A DNA stretch of 61,275 nt, the filler included, from Asterionella formosa (Eukaryota), in NCBI GenBank assembly GCA_002256025.1. It is 16 parts of 16 records of this genome, joined end to end, with 100 filler letters (N's around TTAATTAATTAA, not from the genome) between each part and the next. Parts side by side here need not be neighbours in the genome. Positions count along the whole stretch, not along the records: positions 1 to 3,744 come from NKIB01013932.1; positions 3,845 to 7,589 come from NKIB01013933.1; positions 7,690 to 11,433 come from NKIB01013934.1; 13 more parts are not named here. One strand, 5' to 3'. The position numbers and the translations under genes were made by a program. Positions 1-10,830 of this stretch are shown here, in pieces. Position 1 is the first letter of the stretch. Every line of letters begins with the position of its first letter. The notes beneath the pieces are model-generated. The model was not told where the DNA came from and did no database searches. It worked only from the letters and a program-made list of their open reading frames with translations.

Positions 1-817
1 GAAACGCTTGTCAATACTCTTATGATATTCGCTTGCATCGCTCCTCGCCGTCGACAGAAGCAAGGCTGAACGAGGCAGCAGCATGAGGGGAACAAAAGAG
101 AGTATTGGTACCCTGGTACCCGGTACCGGGTACCAGGATCTTAGTATAAACCGGTACTTGGGACCTGGTATATAATTACCTCTATACCAGTGCATGCCGG
201 TACAGACATCATCCGGATCATACTTTCTGTATTCGAAAAGCTCAGACAAGAGAATTAACCCATGCATGGCTGGTGCACTCCTCATTTCAGCAATTTGTGC
301 TGCTGTCATTTTCCTAGAACAGATAATGTGCTGTCAGACAGGGGCTTATTTAATCTTATATAAAGAATGTCTATGTAGTATTCATTTCACAGTTCAGTGA
401 AAGAAATAGCAGAACTAATATGATTTATGCATAAAAGAGTCAGAAAATGCATAAACCATCAGTCAGGGAAATTAGTGATTACATTTTAGCATTGAAATTA
501 TTAGTCTCCTCAAGAACAAGCAGCATATTGTTCCATGTCTAAATGTATGAACCAGTATTATATATAACTTTGAAATGACATAATCAAGATTCCATAGGAA
601 TATGAACCACGACATGAAGTACCACCTGGACTGGCACATACAGCCATGAAAGTCAGGAACATAAGAAAATCGTTGAGGTATTTCTTGCATTTTGAGCTGT
701 TCTGCGGTGATGTCGTTGTCTTGGTTCAGTTGGAAGATTCTGAATCAAAAAGAGGCATCCAGAGCTGGAGTTATTTGCTCCTTGTTTGAGGATTTCAATT
801 TGGTCCTCAATTGCATG

Positions 818-3744
818 ATGTCTGCAAATAAAAACTATCATGAATATAGGATCAAGGGTATCATACACTAAGTGGCACAGGATTTTTACATATATGATAG
901 TTTTTCGATCAAAAATATGATCAATGTATCATATAATTATGATCATGCAGTAAACTTTTACCAAGCTTGAAGTATGATGATACTATCATAGGTATAATAC
1001 CATTGCATCATATAATTAGTTAAACATGGTCATATGAGCGACCTATGATGTGTATACTTTTGTCATACATCTATCTTAGCATGATCGTAATTCTCATCGA
1101 TGTCACTGTCTAAAATAGGATGAAATTGATCGAAATTTAGAACTATATTTAAGAATGGATTTATGTTTCTATATCTTGAGTGGCTAGTACAGAATGTTCT
1201 ACAATGCTCTCATCGCAATGATTGATGCTTCAGCTTTCACTTCCACTTCCACCTTCCCCCAAATCCATTTCTGAAGGTTGTTATACTGGTTGCCTTGCCG
1301 TTGTTGGCCTGCGTTGTTCCATTTACTCCTGACAGATCTGAGATTGCATTCACGCATTTTCCCATTACTATTGAATCTGTTTCGTTGTTCCAATCAGCCA
1401 TACTAACAAAGAGAATCAATTCATGATTGTTAGCTGTTCATGTTTTGCTTACACAACAATATGCATTTCGCTTCTATCTTGCTTCACTTACCACAAATTG
1501 AGGAAGGAGGTAACTGATGCATACTATTTCTGTAAAATAATGTGCATGTCAGTTGAAGATTGAATGAGAAGCAAAGTATCGATCAATAAATGGGCTCCAA
1601 CACTGCTGTTTGTAACTTACAAATACTGTTTGTCTACCATTATCCTGAAAGAAGCAACACATATGCATGTGTCAGTTTTTCTAACAGTTGTTGATTGATC
1701 CAAAGATGGCTGATAGCACTTACCGATTTCTTTTGTCCACATTGATGGTTGGCCAGCCACCAAATCGAGAAGGAGCTATTGAATCACTGAAAGGGGATGA
1801 GTCATTGCTTCCGTATTTGTTAATCCCAGCCAGCAATTGATCATCTTGGCATTTGCTCTTGACAAACCGTGATGCTACTAGTATGCACAGCTTGTTAATT
1901 CCGCCCTTCTCCATCATATTCACTCATTTTTATCGTCCTGTATTGTCACTTCAGTTTTTCGCATCATGTGTTGCTTGAGATCCTTCATTTGAGGAAGTGG
2001 ATGCAGCATGACAAGCAAGAAACATGAAAGGCATTTGCTCTTGTTGACTTCTTACCATCAATTGATTCCGCCCTTCTCTTCTAAGCCGCAAGTATCATTG
2101 TGCTGTATTATCACTTTCGTTTTCCGCGTCATCATCTGGGCGTGTGTTAATCCTTCAATTCAGGAGCAAAGTGTATGCATGACAAGGAACATGAAAACAT
2201 GATTTCAAATGTTTCAGCCATGAATACATATATATAAAGATTTGTAAGAAGTTTAAATGTATATATAGTTGAACATTTGCATAGTTTTAAACACGCTCAT
2301 TATACGGCACATCCAGTGTATACCTATATCAATTTTGATTATAGATAATTCAAATATATACAATGCATGGTGCTGATGAGTTCATAGTTTTCCACGACCT
2401 GTCGAATTTTTTCAATTTGTTTTGTGTCAATTCTTGTACCTACAAGTCAGTGGCTGATTTAATTAAGCCCCTTAATAAACAGGAGTCATCACCAATTTTT
2501 CAAATGCCTGGTCGAAATCATACATTTATGTATATAGACATATTGACCAAAATTCATATGGCCTACCGGTAGTACTGTATACTTGCTGGGAATTATTTCT
2601 ATCATGGAAATGCCACAATAGGAGTGCAGCGGAAAACTGAATATGCTCATGTGTTTAGGATCATTTGATCATATTTTTAAGATCAATTTATCCTGATTCC
2701 GAAAATAAATTTTGATCTTTCATTTTCTCATCAACAACACCGTTTATCATATGATCAATATGTTATGATCAAAGTTATAGGATAAACCAATCTAAATTCA
2801 TTGATTGAGGATCATAGTTCATACTGGAGAAGTTGCTCATGCAGCCATGCAACCCCTTCCCTCTCCCCCTGTATACAGTACGGACGTGATAACCCCCAAG
2901 CTACCAAATTTTTATGTCTTGTAAGAATTATCGCAGCATGCATGCATGCATACATGACTCCTACTGGTATATACAATGCGGAAATGATGACCACCAGACT
3001 ACCAATCCTACTATAGGTCCTGTAGAATTATCGCAGCATGGCTGCATATCTAATGAAAGGACGGGAGGAGTCATCCATGCTACACCTGTATAGTATGAAA
3101 TATGGAAATGATCAAATATAGCTAGTCTACACAAGGAGCAGTGCATAATATATGTCCTGTTCTTGTTATTTTAATTCCTATGAAATTTCTTGATCTGTTC
3201 TGCGCTTTTTCGCCACCACAATTGTTTTCATTGGCTGTATCACTGGACAGCATTCGAATTGAATGTGCTTCGAACAAAGCAATGATCAAAGTCCACCCCA
3301 TTGCAGAATGGTGAGTCTCACAATGAAGTATCAGTTAGTCGATTAAAATTAGACTGTCTTTTGTGCACCCTCGTTGTGTTTGTACTTGACTTGGCAACTG
3401 TCAGCCAAGAGCAGCCATGGTATGCCACCATTTATTGTCTATACAAGTTTCGAATGCGTTCAGCTGTGATAACTTTTGCTCCCCCCTCCTAAACACTATC
3501 TCATCACCCTTGTCATAGATTTTTCTTTATCCTTTGGCTGCACAGGCCCAGGTTACTCAATGCCTTCATCTGCAAGTTCAGTCAATTAGGCCCACGTTTG
3601 CGTCAAGAAAACGTCAACCCGATTTTCCTCACATGCTCCACCCATTGACTTCTTCATTGATGAAGTCGAGGTAGCTATATTGACGACATCAGGTGGCGCA
3701 GGCTTGTGTATAGATTGATGATGCTGAAAGCATTGCTTCCTTTC
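818..3744 (-). repeat. Copy A of an unclassified interspersed repeat, probably a decayed mobile element
   Basis: Colinear by eye with the reverse complement of 19945-22450. Shared ORF remnants include MEKGxINKLCI...NDSSPFSDSIAP.RFG.WPTIN. Many stops and indels. Confidence 0.85.
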
Positions 3745-3844
3745 NNNNNNNNNNNNNNNNNNNNNNNNNNNNNNNNNNNNNNNNNNNNTTAATTAATTAA
3801 NNNNNNNNNNNNNNNNNNNNNNNNNNNNNNNNNNNNNNNNNNNN
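3745..3844. other. Artificial contig-joining spacer (first of 15)
   Basis: 44 N + TTAATTAATTAA (stops in all six frames) + 44 N. Identical copies at 7590-7689, 11434-11533, 15276-15375, 19116-19215, 22950-23049, 26789-26888, 30627-30726, 34465-34564, 38302-38401, 42139-42238, 45971-46070, 49801-49900, 53629-53728 and 57454-57553. Confidence 0.98.
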
Positions 3845-4399
3845 GATTCTTTGGAGGCGGAGTCCTGCAGGGACAAACCAGCAATCATTATATTCTTTTG
3901 TCGAGTAGAATTTTTATATGCCCTTGTTGTTCATGTGTATGTATGTACTCCGAGTAATGGGCATCTGGTACGAGAGTACCTGTGTTACCACAACTCCTAT
4001 TTACCCAGAAGTGCAGCGAAGGTGGGAACCAGTCTACCGGTACTGCTACTGTACATGGTACTCTACATAGTATATAACTATGTAGGTATCGGCAGGTTGA
4101 AGGAGAGGAATGATAGTATTTATGAATGAATATATATATATAACAATTACCAGTATGACACGAATTTATAAAAACGAAACCGGTGTGTTTCATACCACAG
4201 TATACAGTTGTGCATATATATATATATTAAAATTAAAATTATTGCAGACCATAAAATCTCAACACGACAAAACGTCAAGTGTATTGTACCATTTTCTTTC
4301 GACGGAACTTGCCATTTCTTCCCTCATTTCAATATATTGGGAAATACAATAGCAAAGAGCACAAAACACAAGGACAAGCCCAACCAACTGACAACTGAA

Positions 4400-5230
4400 A
4401 TGACGCAACAACAACTACTTGGTCTTGATCAACGAATTGAGGAGACTCGGACAGCACTCCAGCAACTCAAAGCAGAGAACGCCCAACGATCCAAACAATA
4501 CAAAGTACAAGTCCAAAAGCTACAGCACAATATCACTCTGTTGAAACGACATTTAGAACCACCACCTTCTATTCAAGTCGACAGAATGACAAACAAACCC
4601 TTGGCTCTCTCCACCTACGTGTCAACAGTTCGAATGGTCATGATGGCGGGTGAAGTATCCGTACCATCCTCGCATTATAGTCTAACATTGCAAGGGCAAG
4701 TTTGTCGTGCCTTGCATTTGTTAGGAACCTTTCAATTCCAACTTGACCTCCTGTCGCATGCAACCACGGACAGGGTGCTATTCATCAAGACACAATCTAG
4801 CATGTTACAAGAGGACACGACCGACATGCTCATTCGTCGTTTGAATCAAATTGCCATGGCACATGACACGTTGCGTGACTTTCAAACGGCCTATTCCAGG
4901 GTGGTATCCTTGCAATGCCAAATTATTTCCTCACAACGAACTCGTGAACGACGACAATTGGGATATGCGGACCAACTTATACATTGTAATGATGACGATG
5001 TTTGTATTGCACCCACCTTTACTCTCACAAGAATTGGTGGTGGCTTGACAACAACTACCATGAACATGATGACTTGCAGTAGTCGACGATTGCTCCCAAA
5101 TGATACTGCCTTGAAAGAAAAAAAGGAAAAGATTGCATCATCACCAGTATCAGCAAAGACCATTCGAGCCATTGAACGATTTGCCATACCACTTTTACCA
5201 CACGTGAATAGTATGACGTCCATTTACTGA
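4400..5230 (+). CDS. Hypothetical coiled-coil protein
   Basis: Open frame from ATG 4400 (MTQQQLLGLDQRIEETRTALQQLKAE) with a heptad-like, Q/L-rich N-terminus; no recognisable family. Confidence 0.65.
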   Translation: MTQQQLLGLDQRIEETRTALQQLKAENAQRSKQYKVQVQKLQHNITLLKRHLEPPPSIQVDRMTNKPLALSTYVSTVRMVMMAGEVSVPSSHYSLTLQGQVCRALHLLGTFQFQLDLLSHATTDRVLFIKTQSSMLQEDTTDMLIRRLNQIAMAHDTLRDFQTAYSRVVSLQCQIISSQRTRERRQLGYADQLIHCNDDDVCIAPTFTLTRIGGGLTTTTMNMMTCSSRRLLPNDTALKEKKEKIASSPVSAKTIRAIERFAIPLLPHVNSMTSIY

Positions 5231-5602
5231 AAAACAAGGGTCCTAGTTTGGTGATGTTTGTGTTTGTGTGAACTATGCTGCTGCTACTACTACTACTACC
5301 AGGTACCATCCCAAGACAAATGCAAGTGGCAAATGAAAAGAAGGAAGCGACGACGTTTCTATACTACTTACTACCTGGTATCGAATAATTTACTATATAC
5401 TACTACAAACATGCCTATTACCGGTAGTCGTTTTGCATCAGAAGAAACAAGAATAGTAAATACTTTAATAATAGTCCCTGTTTGGCCTTTTGGTTGGCTT
5501 TATTCATCTTATTGTTTGCATATATTCCCATTACATGACAAAACAACGACAAATCCCATAAGTTGCTTTCTGACGCAATTCCCTCGTTATGCGCAGCATT
5601 GC

Positions 5603-6658
5603 CTACCGCTCGCCACTTGTTTTCACGCATTCCGACTGCAAGTTGAAATTCAAGAATTCAAAGGAATGTGTAAACTTGGACATGATGCTTTCATTGGAGT
5701 CATCAAGATTTGTCGTTTTGAAAGAATGAAACATTCCATTACATGCTGCTATCCTTGACGGCGATAGTGACTCGGGACGCGTGTTACTAGGAGCGAGGAA
5801 TACCTTCTCCTCCTTCTTTTCATCAATGAACATACTCTCAGACTCCAAGTTCAAATTCGAGAAAGACAAGTCGTCAAAGGATTGGCTTTTCATCTTACTC
5901 CCACTAACTTTACCTTGTTCATGCTTTCTGACTGACTGAACCATTCCGCTCGACGGTGATAGTGTCAAGCGACGTTGCTGCTTCTGTATTCCTTTCTTCC
6001 TCGTGTCGGTTATATACGGTTGCTGATTTCGTGAATCGTACCGACAATTGGAGGTTCTCGCAAGACACATGCGTCGATCAAACACATCATCCGATAGTTT
6101 TGATTCTTGTGACAACAATTCGTTATGAATGACAGTGAACTCGCCATCATTCTTACTATCATAATTTCTCTCACCCACCACACATTCAGACTTTAAGTTT
6201 AATTTCAAGAAGGAATGATCCATAGATTGAGTAAATCTGGTGTTTAAACTCATATCTCGTGTTTCGTCAACGCGGAAAACCTTGTTTATAGATTGCAATA
6301 TACCCCTCGATGGCATTTGTCCTGACTTTTCTGAAATGGACTGTTGTTGTTGTTGTTGTTGTTGTTGTTGCTGCTGTTGCTGCTGTTGCTGCTGTTGCTT
6401 TTTCAGAGTAGGTACAGGAGATGGTTGAAAGATGCGTTGTGCAAGGAAATCATGAACGGCATGCTGAGTCCCATTGGTAGTAACAGCCTTGGACTGAGCA
6501 ATGTGTTGTTGGAGTTCCACCCACAACACTTTGTCATTGATAATTTGCTTTGCTCGAATGTCGTTCACGTTACTAATTGTTCCACTAGCAGGAACAGGTG
6601 AGCGATAACTACTACCGGTAGTAGTACGATTTCCAAGTTCTGATCGTAAACCTTCCAT
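5603..6658 (-). CDS. Hypothetical polyglutamine-containing protein
   Basis: Open frame of about 351 aa from MEGLRSELGNR, with a polyQ tract and S-rich internal repeats (F..LNL.SE). Convergent with 4400-5230. Confidence 0.7.
   Translation of the reverse strand: MEGLRSELGNRTTTGSSYRSPVPASGTISNVNDIRAKQIINDKVLWVELQQHIAQSKAVTTNGTQHAVHDFLAQRIFQPSPVPTLKKQQQQQQQQQQQQQQQQQQQSISEKSGQMPSRGILQSINKVFRVDETRDMSLNTRFTQSMDHSFLKLNLKSECVVGERNYDSKNDGEFTVIHNELLSQESKLSDDVFDRRMCLARTSNCRYDSRNQQPYITDTRKKGIQKQQRRLTLSPSSGMVQSVRKHEQGKVSGSKMKSQSFDDLSFSNLNLESESMFIDEKKEEKVFLAPSNTRPESLSPSRIAACNGMFHSFKTTNLDDSNESIMSKFTHSFEFLNFNLQSECVKTSGER
6341..6398 (-). repeat. (CAG/CAA)n trinucleotide repeat encoding polyQ
   Basis: Direct CTG/TTG run on the + strand. 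Confidence 0.95.
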
Positions 6659-7815
6659 TATTGATCCTTGGATGAATGAATTTATAAAAAATAAACAATT
6701 ATTCATTCAATCTTTTTTTTTTAATGTGTTTGTTGTCTTTATCATTAAATTTTACTCGTCAAAATCTGCTTGTGATGTACGTGACGATCGAGGAATAGAA
6801 TTGCGACCGCGAGTTGTTTTTTTAATCTTGCTTATTTAGTACCGGCGATACGTATTGTTGTGTATAGAGCTGTTCTTGCATCAGATTGAAATATGCACAT
6901 ATTTTATGTATGGATCTTACCTTTTATTTCTAATAACACATGCTGTCGTCGACAAGCAATAATCTCTACATCGTTGTTTCCACGTGTGTACCTTGCCAGT
7001 AACTTGAAAGCTGGCATCATTTGATGTAGTATCAAAAACGAATTCACACCAAAGCCCCATCCAAGCGTAAAGTATGCCTAGTGCGTACATGCGCACTTCG
7101 ATCAAGGACCAAAGCCCACGAACGAATCCGTTCTACCTTTTGGACATTCCCTAAGTACTCATGTCAAATTCATTACACTCTAGTGCTGTTGTAAGTGTGA
7201 TTCATAGTACAAACATACACAAAATTTTCGACTGTGTCTAGAATGAAAATGGAAATCTGGTCTTATATATTTTCTTAGCTTCACTGCTTTTTCTACAATA
7301 CTTACAGTATGATATTTACAACATAAAACAATGCCCTTCGATACCGCGAAGAAACAAACGCACAATTGAAACACATTCAGCAACAAAGCCCCTTTTTCAA
7401 GCGAAATATCAACCGCTCTATGTGTACAGCAATCACGAATGCGAATAAAAACAGATCCTACTTTTCTTCCAAATGTCCTTTTTAATTAAGGGTCATTGAT
7501 GCCTCCTTTGCCAAATAATTTAAGGTGTAACGGTACCAGTTAAAAATCTGTACATTGCTAAAAAAGATAAGCGACCAGTATTTTACTCCNNNNNNNNNNN
7601 NNNNNNNNNNNNNNNNNNNNNNNNNNNNNNNNNTTAATTAATTAANNNNNNNNNNNNNNNNNNNNNNNNNNNNNNNNNNNNNNNNNNNNAAAACTTCACA
7701 TGAAACCGTTAAAAGTAATCTTTTTTACGTGAAGAGTGGCATTAATGCATGTGAAGTACCACATAATTAACACTCATACGTAGACGAAATTTCGAAAAGT
7801 GGCATATTTCGCGGC

Positions 7816-10800
7816 TTAGATGTTCTCGACCTGCTTATGATCCTTGCTGTTGACCCCAAGCAACTTCATATTCGATTTTTCAACAGACTTGAGTAATTCC
7901 AAAGAAGGACCAGCATCTGAGGCATTCTCTGAGGCTATGGAAATATCTTCTTCGTCTTTGCCTTGTCTATTAGCCTTGGTGGTGTGCTTTGTTAAGGCCA
8001 CAGGTTTTAGGGCAGGCTTTAATACTGGAGGTGGTCGATGAACAAAATCCACAGTGGCATTGCCACTGTTTTCCTTACGCGCATTTTTCTCTGATTGAGC
8101 TGCTGATTCAAGAACTGAATCATGAGTATTTGAATCGTAATTCTTGGTGCTCCGGTCAAATCTCAAGTGGACAGGATTTTTGACTGGACTGGAAATATTG
8201 TTCAGCAAAGCTGGTGGAGTTGGGACCACAGCTTCTTTGGCCTTTACAATGTTCTTTACCTTGGAAGAAATCAGGGTTTCTTGCTCGATGTTTTTACGCA
8301 CCTCATTGTTAATGCTGGTCAAAGGTGGTGAAGGTAGGACCTGAACATCAACAATTCTCTTGGAGTCAAACCTGTTGGAAACGCCAAAAGTAGGGTCTTG
8401 AAAACTGTGCATCCACTTTGCACTCCTCTCTTCCACACCCTTATTCCCAGTGAACTGTGCATCCACTTTGCACTCCTCTATTCCACACCCTTATTCCCAG
8501 TGAGAGGCGACTTGCTATTATTTTTCGTCAAATCTTCATTTGACGATGGGGACAACACTCGTTCCGCATACTGCAAGCACTCCTGACGAAATTGGTGGTA
8601 GGCTGCATCAGCCTGATAGAGCAAGCTTGAATTATTTGCCGTGTTAGTGACACCCTTGAAACTGCCTTGAGAGCTGAACCTTTGAGTGGTGATTGTTCGG
8701 CGTGAAGCAAGAGTTCCTGCTAGGTCAAATTGTTTCGACCGTATCCCATGGTGGGACAGGATGAGTTCCAGCTTGATCACATTCTGGTTACTTTTTTCGA
8801 AATTGACAACAGAAGGTAGTTCAGGATGATTGACACAATGGAGGAGGTCATTCTTTGAGGTAGTTTTGCCTTTGAATCACTACTATCATCATCTGTTAGA
8901 CTAATCACATCATTTTCCTTGGAAGAAATTCGTGATTTCTTGGAAATAGAACTAGAAGGGGACCAGGTAGCCTTCGATCGTTTCTTGATTATTGGCACAG
9001 CAACTTGTTGGGACTCCGGTTTGGAGACCATTTTGCTGGAGGTGGCAGCTGATTTGGAATCCGGTTTGGATACTTTTTTCCTGTTTATGGCAGCTGGTTT
9101 AGAGTCTGGTTTCGATACGTTTTTGCTGGGAATCGCGGCTGGTTTGCAGTCCGATTCAGATTCTTCGTAAGGATTAGTTACAGGCATTGATGCAACATCT
9201 CGGCTCCTGGCTGTTGACTTCGTAGCATTGGAAGCACCTGCCTTGGATGTGACGGCTTTAGTAGCATCATGCTTGGGAGTAGCCTTGGCAGAAGGCTTGA
9301 GTGCAACAGCTTTCGCAGCAACAGTTCTTGGAGGAGCCTTTATCCTCGTCTTTGCAGCTTTCTTTGGAACACTCTTCTGCAACACTCGGGATTGGGCCTG
9401 TGTTGATCCTGCTGTAACTATAGAAGCAGCCTTCTGTATAGTGCCTCTCTTCGCACGCTTTCCGAGCGCATTAGAAGGAGCTTCCAAGCGGGCATACTCT
9501 GACCTGATAGCTGCCTTTGCATTCATCACCTCTGTCAGGCGATGAATGCAAAAAAAGAAATGTGTGAATGAATAAATGAATATGAATACAGCATATATAG
9601 TAAACGAACATACCTTTTGGTTGCTTGTGGATGAAACCCCCTTTTGGAAGAAACATCTAGTACATGATGATCAAGAAGATCATAATGAGTGGCTGAAAGA
9701 AGACTCCCAGCTATATTTGTTCGCAAACGCACGATAGGAAAGGTCTCAAAATTTGCCGGGTTCTGGCATATCAGGTCCATAATTGTATGAATCAACATCG
9801 CCATTGTTCTTGTTTCTCTCATCATGAAGAAGGTTTTCAAGAGGATGATTGATCCTGTCCATCCAAGGAATAGGATTGCAGTGTACAAATCCCAAGGATT
9901 TATACCACTCAACCGCATTGCCCAGCACCTGCGCAAAAACTGGTTGATGTTGGGAAGGACATCCTGGGTATGCACAGTTCCAGGCCTCCTCATCATTACG
10001 AAGACCAGTAGCAGCTTGGATCAGCAGTTGACCCATTCCATGTTCTTTGTACTTGTGCAAATCATGGGTTGAGTTATGATTACTTGTCACCAGATAGTGA
10101 ATACAAGCAATAGGAGTTGGAAACTCTTTTTGCTCCACAACAACCATAGCTACGGGCTTGAACTTCTTCTCCAAGTTCTCCCTCTCTTCAATGGTAATGA
10201 CGAAGTTGCCATGAAGCTTCTTCTGGAGCTGATTTGCGTATAGAGCTTGGTTGGTAACAACGGAATTCCAATCGTTACCAAAAGATTTGGACAAGAAAGT
10301 CATAATCTCATTGATCTCCAAAGGGATTTTAGAGGTGGCGAAGGTGTCAAGGGGAATTTGGGTGATCCTAACTTTCCACTTGTACTGCCTATCATCAGCA
10401 TTAGGGTCATGTACATTGATGCAACCAATGTACAATCTTCCTAGAGCCTAAAGAATTTTGCTCACATGAGTGAAAAAAGCAAGAAAAAGAGCAGTGGATA
10501 ATCCACATGAGTCCTGTATCCCTTGCGGATCAGACTCATAGACTCAGGACTGAAGGGGACCAACCAATAGCGTTGAGGGAGAAAGGACTCATTCTCATAC
10601 GCGTTGATCAATCGAAGAAAGAGTTTTTTCATGGAAAATTCAGGATCTCTAAGGACATCCTTGAACATGCCAATCTCAAGTAACTTGTCCATACTGTCGC
10701 AAGTACTCTTAAACTGGTGAGTAGTGAAAGGAGCACTGAAATTCGTCTTGATGTGGTAATGAGGATACATAGTATCATCATCACCATACTGAGCCCTGTG

Positions 10801-10830
10801 ATCCTCGAAAGGACAGAAACCATCGCACAT
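7816..10830 (-). pseudogene. Spliced and frameshifted gene: GNAT-like acetyltransferase plus Lys/Ala-rich region (pseudogene or sequencing errors)
   Basis: ORFs 10462-10830, 9746-10435, 9535-9996, 8777-9529, 8478-8780 and 7816-8466 tile one strand. GNAT motif A-like IHYLVT...YKEHGMGQLLI and motif B-like NAVEWYKSLGF. Putative GT-AG introns at 10448-10506 and 9532-9613. Frameshifts near 9750, 9645 and 8872, all in homopolymer runs. Confidence 0.6.
8404..8502. repeat. Tandem duplication of about 48 bp
   Basis: Two copies of aactgtgcatccactttgcactcctct(c/a)ttccacacccttattcccagtg; one copy carries a TAG stop on the - strand. Confidence 0.9.

Noticed and set aside
866..880. CACTAAGTGG as a CACTA/EnSpm terminus of the unclassified repeat
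   Set aside because: Homology with copy B continues about 50 bp beyond it, and copy B reads CGCTA.
3789..3800. Regularly spaced identical TTAATTAATTAA as a CRISPR-like or biological repeat
   Set aside because: Embedded in fixed N padding; it is a synthetic linker. ORFs ending in ...XXXLIN are artefacts.
8919..9545. Hydrophobic + strand ORFs
   Set aside because: Antisense shadows of the Lys/Ala-rich - strand frame.
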